Shown one piece after another: positions 1-11,595 of a stretch of DNA of 32,493 bases. A program made the translations under genes and the position numbers. The notes beneath the pieces are model-generated. The model was not told the origin of the DNA and searched no databases. It worked only from the letters and a program-made list of their open reading frames with translations. The stretch comes from Chiloscyllium plagiosum (lineage: Eukaryota). The stretch's first letter is position 1, and every line of letters begins with the position of its first letter. Where the stretch lies: the NCBI RefSeq assembly GCF_004010195.1, contig NC_057719.1:73597447-73629939 (forward strand). Reading direction: 5' to 3'.

Positions 1-285
1 CACTGTTGCCTTACAGCACCAAGGACCTGGGTTCGATTCTAGCCTCAGGCGACTGCCTGTGTGGAAATTGTACATTCTCCGTGTATATATTGGTTCACTC
101 TGGGTGCTCTCACAGTCCAAAGATGCACAGGTTAAGTGGATTGATCATACTAAATTGCCCTTTAGTACCCAGGGTTAGATGGATTAGCCATGGGAAATGC
201 AGGGTCATAGGGTACAGATGTGGGATGCTGTTTGGAGTGGGGGTATGGGCTAAATAGTCTGCTTCCATTCTGTAGGGATTCTGTG
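1..285 (+). mobile_element. HE1-type tRNA-derived V-SINE, diverged, cut by the window edge
   Basis: B-box-like GGTTCGATTC near 30-39, followed by body and tail colinear with the younger copy at 20548-20862 (caggcgactg..., aaattgccc..., ggggtatggg...). Confidence 0.85.
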
Positions 286-1020
286 AACTGTTTCAGGAAA
301 CCATTATTCTTTACCAATAATGTTAACAGATTTGCTCTGGCTATTGTGCCCTTATTTTAATAACTCTTTATAAATGGTAATGGAACTAGTCAATGTTTTC
401 CCGATGTGCTACAATCGTACCCCGTGTCAATGATGGTATTGCCATATCTCCAATGGAGTAATAAAGTTTGCTCCCTCCCTCCCAGTGAATAGGCTGTAAA
501 GACTCTCTCTTTGAATTGAATATTTCACCAATTGTTCAAAAGTCCTTGACAGCTTCATGTTCTAGGTTTTTGAGTGAGACTGCACACCGCTCTCCACATT
601 TAAGAGGTTTGAAGCAAAATGACTGCGTTGTGGCACAGTGCTGACAGTCATTTTCCTCCAAGGTTAGTGAATTGAAATCTAGTGAGTTGCTCGGGAGGTC
701 GTGATAATTGCTGGTGATTTCTGCTAATAATTCCGAGTTCTTGCAGTTTTACAGGTCAATGGGATTTGATAAAAGGAGATGTAAACATTAAATCAAGTAG
801 AAAAGCTGAGTGGGTTTGAACTGGGAAGGAAATCACATGCATAAAGCACAACCGTGTCTCTCAGGAGGTCCTTTCTTCCTCCATCAAATCAGTTACCTGC
901 CAACTCTTCATTGAAGCACGGATTGAATTTCACAAAGACATGTAAGACTGTAACATGACATCCATAAAGAGAAAAGACCTTTCATTTCTGTAATTCCTTT
1001 CATGACAACTGGACATTCCA

Positions 1021-2855
1021 CAGAAAAATAGAACTAATATCACATTATTATGTTACAGTAACGTTAACAATAAACTGCCTACTACTCTTCAAGATACAAT
1101 CATCTCATATTTACTTAACCCAAATTAAAATAAACACAAATTAAATGAAATAGCATTAAACTAAATTACAATCCAACAAAACTAAATTACATTACATTAC
1201 ATCACTCCACTCCCTGCACCTCCACTGAAGCTCCCATCCACAGGAGGGACAGTTATTAGACCCATATTTACTGGCACCCCCCGGCTGGGTCCCCAGACCT
1301 CCATATATGGCCCTCATGGCTATATAAAGGCCCTAGTCAGTATCGCTGACGGATCCATGTCTATGTAATTTAGAAAGGGCCACCAGGTCTTACAAAATTG
1401 CTCTGTTCCATGGCACACCATACTGATCAGATAACCTTGGGGGACGTGCTCCATCACAAGTCAGCGCCACTCTGCAAAACCTAGAGGTTTTTCTAATATC
1501 CAGTTCATTAGAATGTTCTTCCTCGCACAGTGTGTAAAAATGTTAAATAACCTCTTCCCGTGCTCAACCAGAGAGGGCAGTTTCGGCAGTCCCAAAAGAA
1601 GGGATACCGGATCCTCCTTAACTTCAATTCCCAGGATCTTCACTATGGCACCCCAGTATCCGCGAATCTTGTAACAGGGCCAAAAGCAATGTGTGAGGGT
1701 GCCAACACTGTTTTTACATTTGGGACATTTCAGAGAAATCCTTCCTTAAACTTTGCTAACCTCTCTGGTGCTATAAGGGCCCTGTGGAGCATCTTCAATT
1801 GCATCGCTTATGCTTTATTGCATATTGAAATTTTCTTTACACTCCCCCATGTATCCTCCCATGTTTCCGATGAGATATCTTCCCCTAATTCCTGTTTCCA
1901 AATCCCATGGACTCTCTACATATCTCTCAGGGCATTCCCTCTCTGCAGATGATGTATGGTATTAACCGAGAGAGCACCCCGTACATCGGAGCACTCTTCT
2001 TTCTCTATCCGACTTGTTGGGCTGGGCCAAATGCGTGGTCTTCTGTATGTAAACCCTAACTTGGAAATATCAGAAAAGGTCCCTATTAGGGATCCTGGAT
2101 TTCTGACCTAATTGTCTGAAAGACATCAAGACCCCTCCCTCAAATAAATCTCCCAGGTAGGAGATTCCCTTACTCTCCCATGACCTAAAGCCAGAGTCCA
2201 TTGAGCCCCGTCTAAATCCGGGGGTTCCCACTAATTGGGGAACGGCAAAATCTTAACCAAATAGCCCTCACCCTGCTGCATTTTCCTCCATACTTTCACC
2301 GTATTTATGACAATTGTGCTCTCACGGTGCTCAATCACAGATCTTATCTTATCCATGAACAGTAAGTTTGAGGGGACATCTCGCCTGCGAGGCCTGAACA
2401 TCAGGCCATATCGACCTCGCGTCATTACGCACCCATTCGCCTACAAATGACAGCAGGGCACCTATTTGCCATCTCTTCTGATCTGGGAGGTCCACCCCCT
2501 CCATATCCTGCAAAGGTTGGGGTTTGGTAAATTTAATTAGGGCGCCTACGACACCAAATAAATGATCCAAGCCAAATGGCAAACTTACACAGCACCTGTT
2601 TGGGTCATAATAATGGGAGCATCCTCATAGGATATAATAACTTAGGAAGAATATTCATTTTAATCCAGGCTATACGGCCTAACCATGACATGGATAGTCC
2701 CTCCCACCGCTGCAAGTCCAGCTTTATTCTCTCAAATAACTCGACAAAGTTAGCTGCTGTATACATCTGACAGGAGGTAGGGATAATTAAAATTGCCAGA
2801 TAGAGAAAACCTTTCTGTGACCACCAAAACGGAAACTGCATTCCATCCTCCAGTT
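1021..2855 (-). mobile_element. 5'-truncated, decayed L1-clade LINE (ORF2 C-terminal half plus 3' UTR)
   Basis: Minus-strand peptides typical of vertebrate L1 ORF2: 'LQRWEGLSMSWLGRIAWIKMNILPKLLYPMRMLP', 'GVDLPD', 'ARKNILMNW' and terminal 'FCKTWWPFLNY'. Broken by stops, frameshifts and a deletion. Confidence 0.85.
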
Positions 2856-2911
2856 TTGGTCTCCTGTCATTCTACAGCTGCAGGCTTCTTTCCCGCAGAG
2901 TGTTAGATAAG

Positions 2912-3080
2912 CTGAAACAAAAACAGAAGTTACTGGAAAAGTTCTCAGCAGATCTGGCAGCATGTGTGAAGTGACATCAAAGTTAACGTTTCGGGTCCGG
3001 TGACCCTTCCTCAGAACTGCTGAGCTTTTCCAGCAACTTCTGATTTTGGATCTGAGAATCCTCAGTTCTTTTGGTTTTTA
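2912..3080. mobile_element. Penelope-like element terminal remnant arranged as an inverted repeat
   Basis: Arms CAGAAGTTACTGGAAAAGTTCTCAGCAG (~2924-2951) and CTGCTGAGCTTTTCCAGCAACTTCTG (~3017-3042) are near reverse complements and flank a hammerhead motif. Confidence 0.65.
2981..3018 (-). ncRNA. Minimal type-I hammerhead ribozyme motif
   Basis: Minus strand reads AGTT-CTGAGGA-A-GGGTC-accg-GACCC-GAAA-CG-TT-AACT. This gives a CUGANGA box, a 5-bp helix II, a GAAA box, a palindromic loopless helix III (AACGTT), a GUU cleavage triplet and a 4-bp helix I. Confidence 0.7.
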
Positions 3081-3977
3081 TTTAGATAATCTGACATGCT
3101 TTTACAAAAATAAAATCCAGTACTTATATGATTACTAATTAGACTAGCGTTTATGACATTGTTATTTTAACGTTGCCCTAGCTACCATGGTGGCACTATT
3201 TCTGCTAGTATTAGTCTGGCCCTCTGAATTACTATCTAGCACCATTACCAGTCTGTCACTGTTCCCTCATTTTTTATATGTGATGAAGGATTCCACTCCA
3301 GCCAGTCACCAAATAGTTAAATGGAGCCAACACTAAGAGGCAAATTTAGAATATTGCTGTAAGTGCTGGAGCTCTTTCAAAGGCTGAGCACTTCTGTGTT
3401 AAGATGCCATTCAGGTTATTTCGACTGATGCATTTCTTTCCAACAGCTTTGTCCTTCAATCACCCCAAAATGACCTCCACTGCACAACAATGGCCATAGC
3501 ATTGCGCTGTAGGCATTTGGCCTTTAAGTAGAATTTAAGTGCTCGTATAGTATAGCAGCTGTTTAATCTCCAGTTCTGTCTAATTATATCAATAATGTGT
3601 TTGTTCAGAGTTGTTTGAACCAGGTGATACTACAATCATAGTGACCTGAAACTCACCTTTCACTAGTTCGCTCTTTAATGAAAGCTAATGAATGCATTCC
3701 CTCCCTTTGAAGCAATACAATTTCCCTGCACTCAAAATATAAATTGCTATCATCAAGAAATGTTGTCATCCAAAGATCCTATTTTGTCAATTTAATTTGT
3801 TTCCAAAGCTGTAATTTACAGTATGTGTATCCAAGTCAACGAATACATCTAAGGGCTCCTGGGGAACAGCAGTCGTGCCCCTACCCATGGACCAGAAACT
3901 CCAGGATCATGTTTCAGCTGCACAGGTGTGTCAAAACATGATTAAAATATCGATTGCATTGGCAATTTAGGACTAAG

Positions 3978-4212
3978 TTGAGGGAGAGTTTTTTTCACTC
4001 AGAAGGTGGTGAATCATTGGAATTCCGCACTAAAGAGAACGTGGAAAGGCAAGTCATTAACCTGTAGGTTTTTGAAGGCTATTAGCATTAAGGGACATGC
4101 AGGAGGTGTGGGAAAAAGGCATCGAAAAGAAGTTCAGCCATTATCTAGAATGGCTGACATATTCAATGGGCTGAATGACTTACTTCTGTTCCTATTCCAG
4201 ATCTGTTTCTAT
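3978..4212 (+). mobile_element. CR1-type LINE 3' end, decayed
   Basis: tttttcactcagaaggtggtgaatcattggaattc encodes the CR1 ORF2 end motif FFTQ.VV..WN, followed by a CR1-like 3' UTR. Confidence 0.75.
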
Positions 4213-4914
4213 TAATCAGCCACTCTGCAGTTCATTTCATAGGGCAGTGCCTTCACCAATCAGTATCAGCCTCCTGGTTTAAAAGTTAACTGCCAGTCAT
4301 CATTAACTGGTGCATTCTCCATGGCACTACCTCATAATCAGAGTCTGTTTGCCAACTAATTCTTACTTACCTTGTAAATGCTGTAAAACATTGTTTTCCC
4401 TTTATGTTGGTATTTTTCTAATGAATGCAAGATGAAAATAGAGACTAAAGCATTTTTTAGTAGTGCCCAGTTGTATCACTTTTATGGATGTTCCACGATC
4501 TTTTGAAACATTTGTAAACAGTTACAGTTTGAATGGTGCTTTTGCCTGAATTACATTTGCCACTCAACATTAAATCTCATATTTGGAGCCTGTGCTCAGA
4601 ATCTGGATGCTGTTCTATTTCAGGCAATAGGAATTACACCAGAGAAGAGAGCAATTAAATTTAATATTTCATTATCGCTAAGCATCGCAATGTTCACAAA
4701 TGGTTTTCAGACTTAGCCATAGGGTCTCTGGGAAGAGCCCACTAAGCTTAATAAATTTGCATTCATTTTTCTGTAGTGAATGGGAGTATTTTTTCTGCAA
4801 CATGAGCTTCAAATTTCTATCAAACAAGTGTTGAGCTGTCCTTGATCTCTGATCTGTGCTAAAACAATGTCTGCCAATCGTGCGACTCAGAAGCAGCTAA
4901 AATTCTGAATTGGA

Positions 4915-6128
4915 ACTTGGAGTGGAATTTTCTCATGCTTTGAACAATGGCAAGAAATATGGGAAAGTATGGAGAGGATGAAAAATATCTGATTCTGTAT
5001 GTCAAGGAAATGATTTCTAATTATCCCCTAAAGGCTTTAATACCAAAATCAGAACCTTGCTGATGAGTGGTGACAAATTTCCATACATTTGCATCTCATT
5101 AATACCTGAACTTGTTTAATTTCTATGCAGTTTGCTATTCTCCCCTCCTCTTCTGAGAAACTACTTATTGATCATTTCTGACTTGAAAGTTAAAGTGGTA
5201 CCTGGGTGAATGCAGCTCACCACTTTTTTAAACCTCCATTTTAATTCCCTTCACCAACATGACCTTAAATACTCCTTGGACAGTGGCACCTGTACCCTTC
5301 CTCTGCCAACATTTGCATTGGCAAACCACCAGCCTCATCATATCAACATTCTAGTCACACCACTGCAGCTCTTCACTTTGCGCCTCATCAACACCTGTGA
5401 CTTGCATGCCGCTGCCAGGCCGCTTTGTGTACAGGAACACACAGCTAGCTCATGTATGCAAACAGGATGTAAGTCTAATTGCTTCATTTCTTAGTGGCTT
5501 CTTCACTTCCCATTTGCTCAGCATCCTCTGCCTTCTGGGGATTGCATAGCTTTTTATCCAGAGGACAGGAAGGCTGCATAGTTGTGGAGAGGTGGAGATG
5601 CTGCATCCGGTAGTGAGCTTGGTAGTCCATGAGTATTGGTGAGGTTTGAGTGCAGTGTTAGGGGGAGGGGGAGATAGTAGAGAGATGGTGACACTTAACC
5701 TTGCAGAGTGCAGAAGTTCATTAACCATTTTCTGACTGACCAAGTCTCAGCCCTTCTCGGGACCATGCTGTCCACCAGGCCTCCAGATGTCTAATTAGGA
5801 AGTGGAGAGAGTAGCTTCCCTTTTTGAGATATTTTTGAAGAGGATAGCGTATAAGGCAGCTCCTTGTTTGCAGCATTTGAAATAGTGTGCAGCTGGGCTT
5901 CTAATATTGTGCCAGCAGCCCATCTGTTGGAAGGACCCATCAGTGGAGAGAATTTCTCCTCTGCTCTGTCGCAATTGCATGGAGAGGATGCCAAAAAGAC
6001 AGGTTGCATAATTAATGAGGTAAAGAGTGAAGGATACCGTGAGACAATTCAGTATGAGCCATGGCAGGATATTCACCATGAAATTGCTTGCAAAGAACAC
6101 TTGGCCTAAAATGGGAACATCCAGCCCA
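4915..6128 (-). mobile_element. Decayed PIF/Harbinger-like DNA transposon with Myb/SANT-like gene remnant
   Basis: Minus strand 5810-5695 gives, with frameshifts, 'HF..RHLEA/LVDSMVPRR.../QKMVNELLHSAR', which resembles the Harbinger Myb-like domain. The ends GGAGTGGAATTTTCTC and GGGAACATCCAGCCC are loosely inverted. Confidence 0.45.
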
Positions 6129-7504
6129 TATATTTTATTCTGAGCTTGACAAATATGGCTAATGTTGGTTATTTTAATTAGGTTTAAAATCAACAGACTA
6201 AGACAGTGGCAATTATTATTTCTTTCTTGATGATCTAAATGACCCACAGCTACTAAAATAAATAGTTGAAAACGTATCTTTAGCTTAATTAACTTCTATT
6301 GGAAGAAAACATACCAAACATAATGGAATTACAGCGTATTTTCCACAAGCATTCTTCATTGCACTGATGATTATGAATTACTGAATGAAAGATATATTCC
6401 CAGAAGCCATTGTCTGATGTCTTGCTTTACAGATGTGAACTGACCTATATTGTCAGCTTTTTCTGCTTTTTTATTTGTGAGCTTCTACCCAAACAGCTTG
6501 TTTTCCCTTTATTTAATTAAGATGATTATTGACAAAAATGGTAATAGCAAGAAAAGACGATTGTTGAAGAAAGCAGTAACATCATTATTGGTAGATTGTC
6601 TCTGTCCTGCAAATGCCCTCTGTTCTGTATTTTTATGAATTGGACAATTTTATCAACACAAGCTTAGATGGTAAAAACATTGACCTTTTGATAGTCTTTG
6701 TTCTCAGTGATGCATATGAGGATGAGGATGTCCTTTGCTTGATTATTTTCTTTCGGGCATTGCTGAGTAATGTTGAAACTCCTTGATTTTAAGACGATTG
6801 GTCAATAGTACAATTGAGAATGAAACCCATTTGACACAATAGGAATATAATTCCACCTTTATTGATATGGTCAATGGTTCCAAGAAACACAAGACTCTTT
6901 CTGGATTTAAAGTATTGATTTTGGAAGTCAGATCAAGTTAGGGTCAGTGCAAGATCTACATATTGATGAGGAAAGCAAGTTGAGAAAAGTTGACTTTGAA
7001 AACTAAGTTCGTATGGTATCTGGATAAATCTTGTTGATGTGAGACTAAGCTAAAATTGCATTCCATTTGCTTTCTGAATATTGAAAATAACTGAAAAACC
7101 CTTGTAATGAAGATTGTCTAATGGAAGATGTAAAGATAGACCTTCTGGTAAACAGGGGTCAACTCCAGATCTAGAGATTGTGACAAGACAACAGATAGTG
7201 TTTTATAATATATAGAAAGGTGAAGATTTCAATCAGTGATTTTGGATAGAAAGTAATTCATTTTTAAAGAGTAATAACTTGTTCATGGATCTAATCTGCT
7301 TTCCTTTGTCTTTGGGATGGAAGCTTAAAGCTTCTCACTGTGCCTCAGTACACGTGACAATAAATTCAATTCAATTCAATTTTGTTTCAAAGTTGGCCAA
7401 GGTGACAGGTTACTGGTTACTTTTCAAAGTTGAAAGCACTCAGCTCAGTACAGAGACTTTGCAGCTGTACGTAAATGTGTAGAAGTGCCACCTTCTTAAA
7501 AACC

Positions 7505-7985
7505 CTAGCACCACAGATGCCAGTCTTCATCAAGTTGCTTCACTCTGGCCCTTGGCAATACTCTGGTGTTGCACCCCTTGCCAAGCTGTTCCAGTACAGC
7601 TACGATGCTAGCATCCATCAAACAGTGTGGAAACATTGCCTGGGTATGTCCTGTCCATAAAAAACAGGACAAATTAAAATTGTTAATTACCACTCATCAC
7701 CTCATCATCAGTGAAGTGAAAGGAGGGGTCACTGATAGTGCTACCAGGTGAGACTTAGTTAACAATCTCACATCTCAGTTTGGATTTTGCCAGGGCCACT
7801 TAGCTGCAGACCCTATTGCAGCCTTCATCCAAACATGGGCAAATTACCTGAATTTAAGAATTGTGGTGCGTGTGGCATTGTGGCAGCATTTGACTATGTG
7901 TGGCATCCAGAATCTCAAGACAAATTGAATTCAAGGGGAGAGGTCTCCATTGTCTGAAATTATACCTCACACACTGGAAGATGCT
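7505..7985 (+). mobile_element. CR1/L2-group LINE reverse-transcriptase fragment
   Basis: 'APLAKLFQYSY...WK' and 'VCPVHKKQDK' are pre-RT motifs. 7760-7880 is similar to 14550-14670. Confidence 0.75.
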
Positions 7986-9770
7986 ATCTATATATGAAAT
8001 CTAATCGATAGCTAATTACTGAAACTGCCTGCTGAATTCCTCTGCTATGTTCCTCAGGTATGCACATAAGTTCTGTGTAGAACCACTTTTCTTGTTTTTG
8101 ACTTTGGTCAACTATTTTTTCCATACTTGGGAAGTGTTGCTGTGTTTTGTTTTTTATTTGAATTGGGGGATCACGGACCCAGTTTCTATTTGAATGCATT
8201 CACAGCTCTGATCATATGTGTTAAAGTTCTGTGCTTTCCCTGCAGTTCACAGGTCAGTGCATTCGGTTTTGATGTTATGTCTCTAAGAACTCAAAGTCAA
8301 GTAATTGTGACAGCTCACTTCACACTCCATTCCTTGATTTAAGTGACCATTTCAAGCATCAGATCTAAAAATCTTTTAGGACCTTCCCTCGATTTCTCTG
8401 TGTTGATCTGAGATCGTTGCTAAGTTCATCCTAGGCAGCATCAAATTTATTGACTAAGGATTTAAACAAGCAGTACTAAAGGGCTCTTGTTTGAAATGAA
8501 CTTTCCACCTTAACAACTTTTATTACACGAGGGAAGGCTTTAACTTTATTTGTTAATGCTTGCTAGTGAATTAAACGGGGTAATTGACTAAAGAAGGTAA
8601 ATCAGTGTCATTTCTGCAAAATGCAATAAAACCCAATGTGGCTGATGCACCATCAGTTGTGCTAGAATACAGTTTTTTATTCCTCAGTATTTTTTCTCTA
8701 GCACATATCTTTTGAATTCATTATAGATTCCCTCCCCCATTGTTCTGTCTTTAAGGGGCAAAAGGGTAAGAAGGTTCTCTTCAATTGTTATATCCTTAAA
8801 AACCACATGCACGAGAACAATCAGCTAAGTAATATCTGTCATGTCAAAGGATGCAGCAGGAAACATTTACAGTCTGTCAGGTCCTGCTGTCATTGCTGAA
8901 AGATGTCTTCAGTCAAAGTTTCCACTTACCTTGCTACTGTGGAGGCACCAAGTGACATGTTATGGATTGCTGTTATTGTTTCTTTTTCATTCTTAAATTC
9001 TTTGGATATATAGTTGGCAGCCAAAGTGATTTTTTTTCTTGAAATTCTTTGCCACCAATAAATAATTTCTTGTGTTTTGCCAGAAGATAAACATAAAATG
9101 ATATTTCAGTGCAGAAAGTTATATTGCTACCCCACAATGAGAAAATGTCCTTTAGGGTCAGCTGGCTGTGTCATTCTAAAAGAGAGTTTCATCATGTCTT
9201 CACTCCAGTAGCAATCGTACTATAAGCCAAAATTCAAATCACCAATTCTCCTTTCCCAGTTTGCATCAACGATATTGTTTGAGTCTTTTACAATCAGCCT
9301 TTTTTTCCCTAGTTTACCAAGTAATGTGTAAAGGTTTACTAAACAGACATGCTCATCAGATAATTGCAGGCATGCACAATATAATTGCTAATCTGTAATT
9401 TTCAAAGAAGTGCAGGTCAACATGGCTGTAATTTCCTAATGTGCATAGCCAGTGGCAAGGATTCCGACTGGTAAAATGTATTCAAAAAATGGCTATTTAA
9501 TGTAGCTTGCACATTCACAACTGCAAATGTAAATATAAATTGAACCCAGTTAAAGTTGTGTCACTATAATGCTAGAATAAATTATACCACTTTGTGAAAT
9601 ATGTTAATATTATCACAAAATATTCTAATTGTCATGCTGAGAGTCAAGTTTTTTTACATCTAATTAGAATACTTAATAAATGGTGTTAGGAAGTTTGCAT
9701 GAGCTTAAACTTGATAATGTGAAAGCTAAATTTTTTTAATCAATACTGGTTAGGTTATTTGACAGAAAAG

Positions 9771-9776
9771 TTTATT
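9771..9776 (-). terminator. Candidate polyadenylation signal AATAAA of the minus-strand gene
   Basis: TTTATT on the plus strand, about 180 nt downstream of the TAA at 9954. Confidence 0.35.
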
Positions 9777-9953
9777 TAAATCCTATTTTCAGGTTGATTT
9801 GATCCAAGATAATTTATGGGAGATGCACATTTTCCAAACTTACTTTACATATGCTTTGATAATCCTCAAGGCAGCACAGGATTCAGACAGATCCATGTTA
9901 AGATATGTTTCTGTTACAATTTTATCATTGCTGCAGAATTATTTACACTGAAG

Positions 9954-10158
9954 TTACACTATATCCAAGGCTTCCAATATGCTCCCACAGGTTGGATTTG
10001 ATGCCAATCGGAGTGGATTGTAATCGGGCCAGGTCCACTTTCCAAATTGTCCACGGAATCCCTCAAATATTATTGTGCAATTCTCAGAGAAAGTTGAATG
10101 TACTGAGGTTACCAATGCTTTCACTAATGTTGCCAATGCTTTGGAGCTCTGCATATAC
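9954..10158 (-). CDS. Terminal coding exon (exon 3) of an uncharacterised gene
   Basis: Acceptor ttag|G at 10160-10159, phase 2. Encodes (R)YMQSSKALATLVKALVTSVHSTFSENCTIIFEGFRGQFGKWTWPDYNPLRLASNPTCGSILEALDIV*. Joins exon 2 in frame and lies in unique sequence. The polypyrimidine tract is weak. Confidence 0.65.
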
Positions 10159-10678
10159 CTAAATGCTGTCTTCTGAATTTGACATGTTTCACTATAGCTA
10201 GGAAATACATTATATAGTACCCAGTGTGTTTCAGAATAAAAACATTCTTGAATGACAATTTAATGAATGATTTAGATTCAGGTTTGCAGGCCCCATCTCC
10301 CAACTTTCCCACCATAGCTCAGTACCGTGCCTTCTTTTAGTTCCCTATTTCATCTGCATGCCCCTTCATAAATCCTTTCCATTTCCATTCACCCCATAGC
10401 CACTCAACAAAGGAAATGATGAAACGAATGGCTACATTTTCAAAAAACGTTCTAACAGCCTAAAGCTCTCATTCATCTACGCTTGATATTGAAAAACTTT
10501 ACATTCATGAAACTCATTTAGAGATTTTAAATTCCCTTGCATGTTGAATCTGTTGCAAAAACAAATCTCTATTCATTAGCTATATCTAAAACAGCTAATC
10601 CTTTAATAGTCTTTTAAAATATTAGTCAAAGTTGAACTCCAACTCTTGTTGAGATTAATTTTATTTTGCAGTACAGTA

Positions 10679-10880
10679 CAGGTTGTTCTGCTATAATGCG
10701 TGTCTTGTCTACGCAAATTGGCTATAACGCAATTGATAAATTATGGATGTTGTTTGGATAACACAAGCTTTCTATTGAATAGGAATACTGATCTTCTACA
10801 GAGCAGTTTTCTCCAGACTGATTTTCTATAGCGCGAGGTCGCAGAGGACCACAACTGTAATGTTATAGCAGAACAATCTA
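10679..10880. mobile_element. Tc1/mariner (pogo/Tigger-like) MITE
   Basis: TA|CAGGTTGTTCTGCTATAA ... TTATAGCAGAACAATCTA|TA: 18-bp terminal inverted repeats with 2 mismatches, TA target duplication, no coding capacity. Confidence 0.85.
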
Positions 10881-11138
10881 TATTAAGACTCAGTCAAATG
10901 TTTGCAATGGGCTTGTCTGTAGAGGAAGCTCTTAAAAATACTAATAATGAAGTTTACTGAAATTGCAGGAACAGATTAAAAAGGATTTTTGTTTGAATTG
11001 CTCCAGCTAGCTTTCACTTCAGTAGCCGATGTCATCTGGTTTTACCCTAACCAATAACTGCAGCCTTTATCTTTCAAAGGGTTTTTTTTAAAGGGCTGAT
11101 AATTTAAATAACTTCAAATCATTAAAATGAAAAAAGAC

Positions 11139-11429
11139 CTTATCCAGCCTTCAGGAGTATGACTCCTACACTGTGGACTAAAGCTCCTGGCACAACAAAA
11201 ATGGAGTCTGTTTGAACTCCATTCTGCTAAGATGGGGCTTCCCAAATGTTTGATTTGTGCCCCGCCCCTCTCCCTGTTTGCAAAGGTTTGATGTGCCTTG
11301 TATAGGACATCCATATCCAGGTTCTGTCTGTCACCTTTAAAGGTCTCCAGCAATAGCCCGACACTGCAAAGAGCTGGCTCCGTATTTTGGATTGCTACCC
11401 TTGTATCTGAACTGGAAGAAGTTGAAGAT
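11139..11429 (-). CDS. Internal coding exon (exon 2, 291 nt, phase 2-2) of an uncharacterised gene
   Basis: Branch-like CTGAC and acceptor cacttttag|A. Open frame SSTSSSSDTRVAIQNTEPALCSVGLLLETFKGDRQNLDMDVLYKAHQTFANRERGGAQIKHLGSPILAEWSSNRLHFCCARSFSPQCRSHTPEGWI(R). Donor AG|GTCTTT is weak. Confidence 0.7.
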
Positions 11430-11489
11430 CTAAAAGTGCTTTAAGGAAGTCAGGTGCCAGAGAAAGAAATGGGGCAGGCGGTATGAAGG

Positions 11490-11595
11490 AAAGTGATGGT
11501 GGGGGAGTGTGTGTGACAGTGGGGGAGTGTGTGGTGGGTAAGGTAAGGCCCATAGTTGGGCGGGGGGGTTGGGGGGGGGGGTGGTGTTGGGGAAG
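11490..11595 (+). repeat. G-rich low-complexity tract
   Basis: Repeated GTGGGGGAGTGTGTG and long G runs (GGGCGGGGGGGTTGGGGGGGGGGG). Confidence 0.8.

Noticed and set aside
626..648. Iron-responsive-element-like CAGTGC loop
   Set aside because: The upper stem has a G-A mismatch, the required bulged C is a G, and there is no UTR context.
4418..4440. Another hammerhead (CTAATGA...TGAAAA)
   Set aside because: The core box is mutated and no helix II can be drawn; too degenerate to support.
9794..9950. Plus-strand exon after ttttcag (VDLIQDNLWEMH...)
   Set aside because: No good donor or partner exons; better explained as the 3' UTR of the minus-strand gene.
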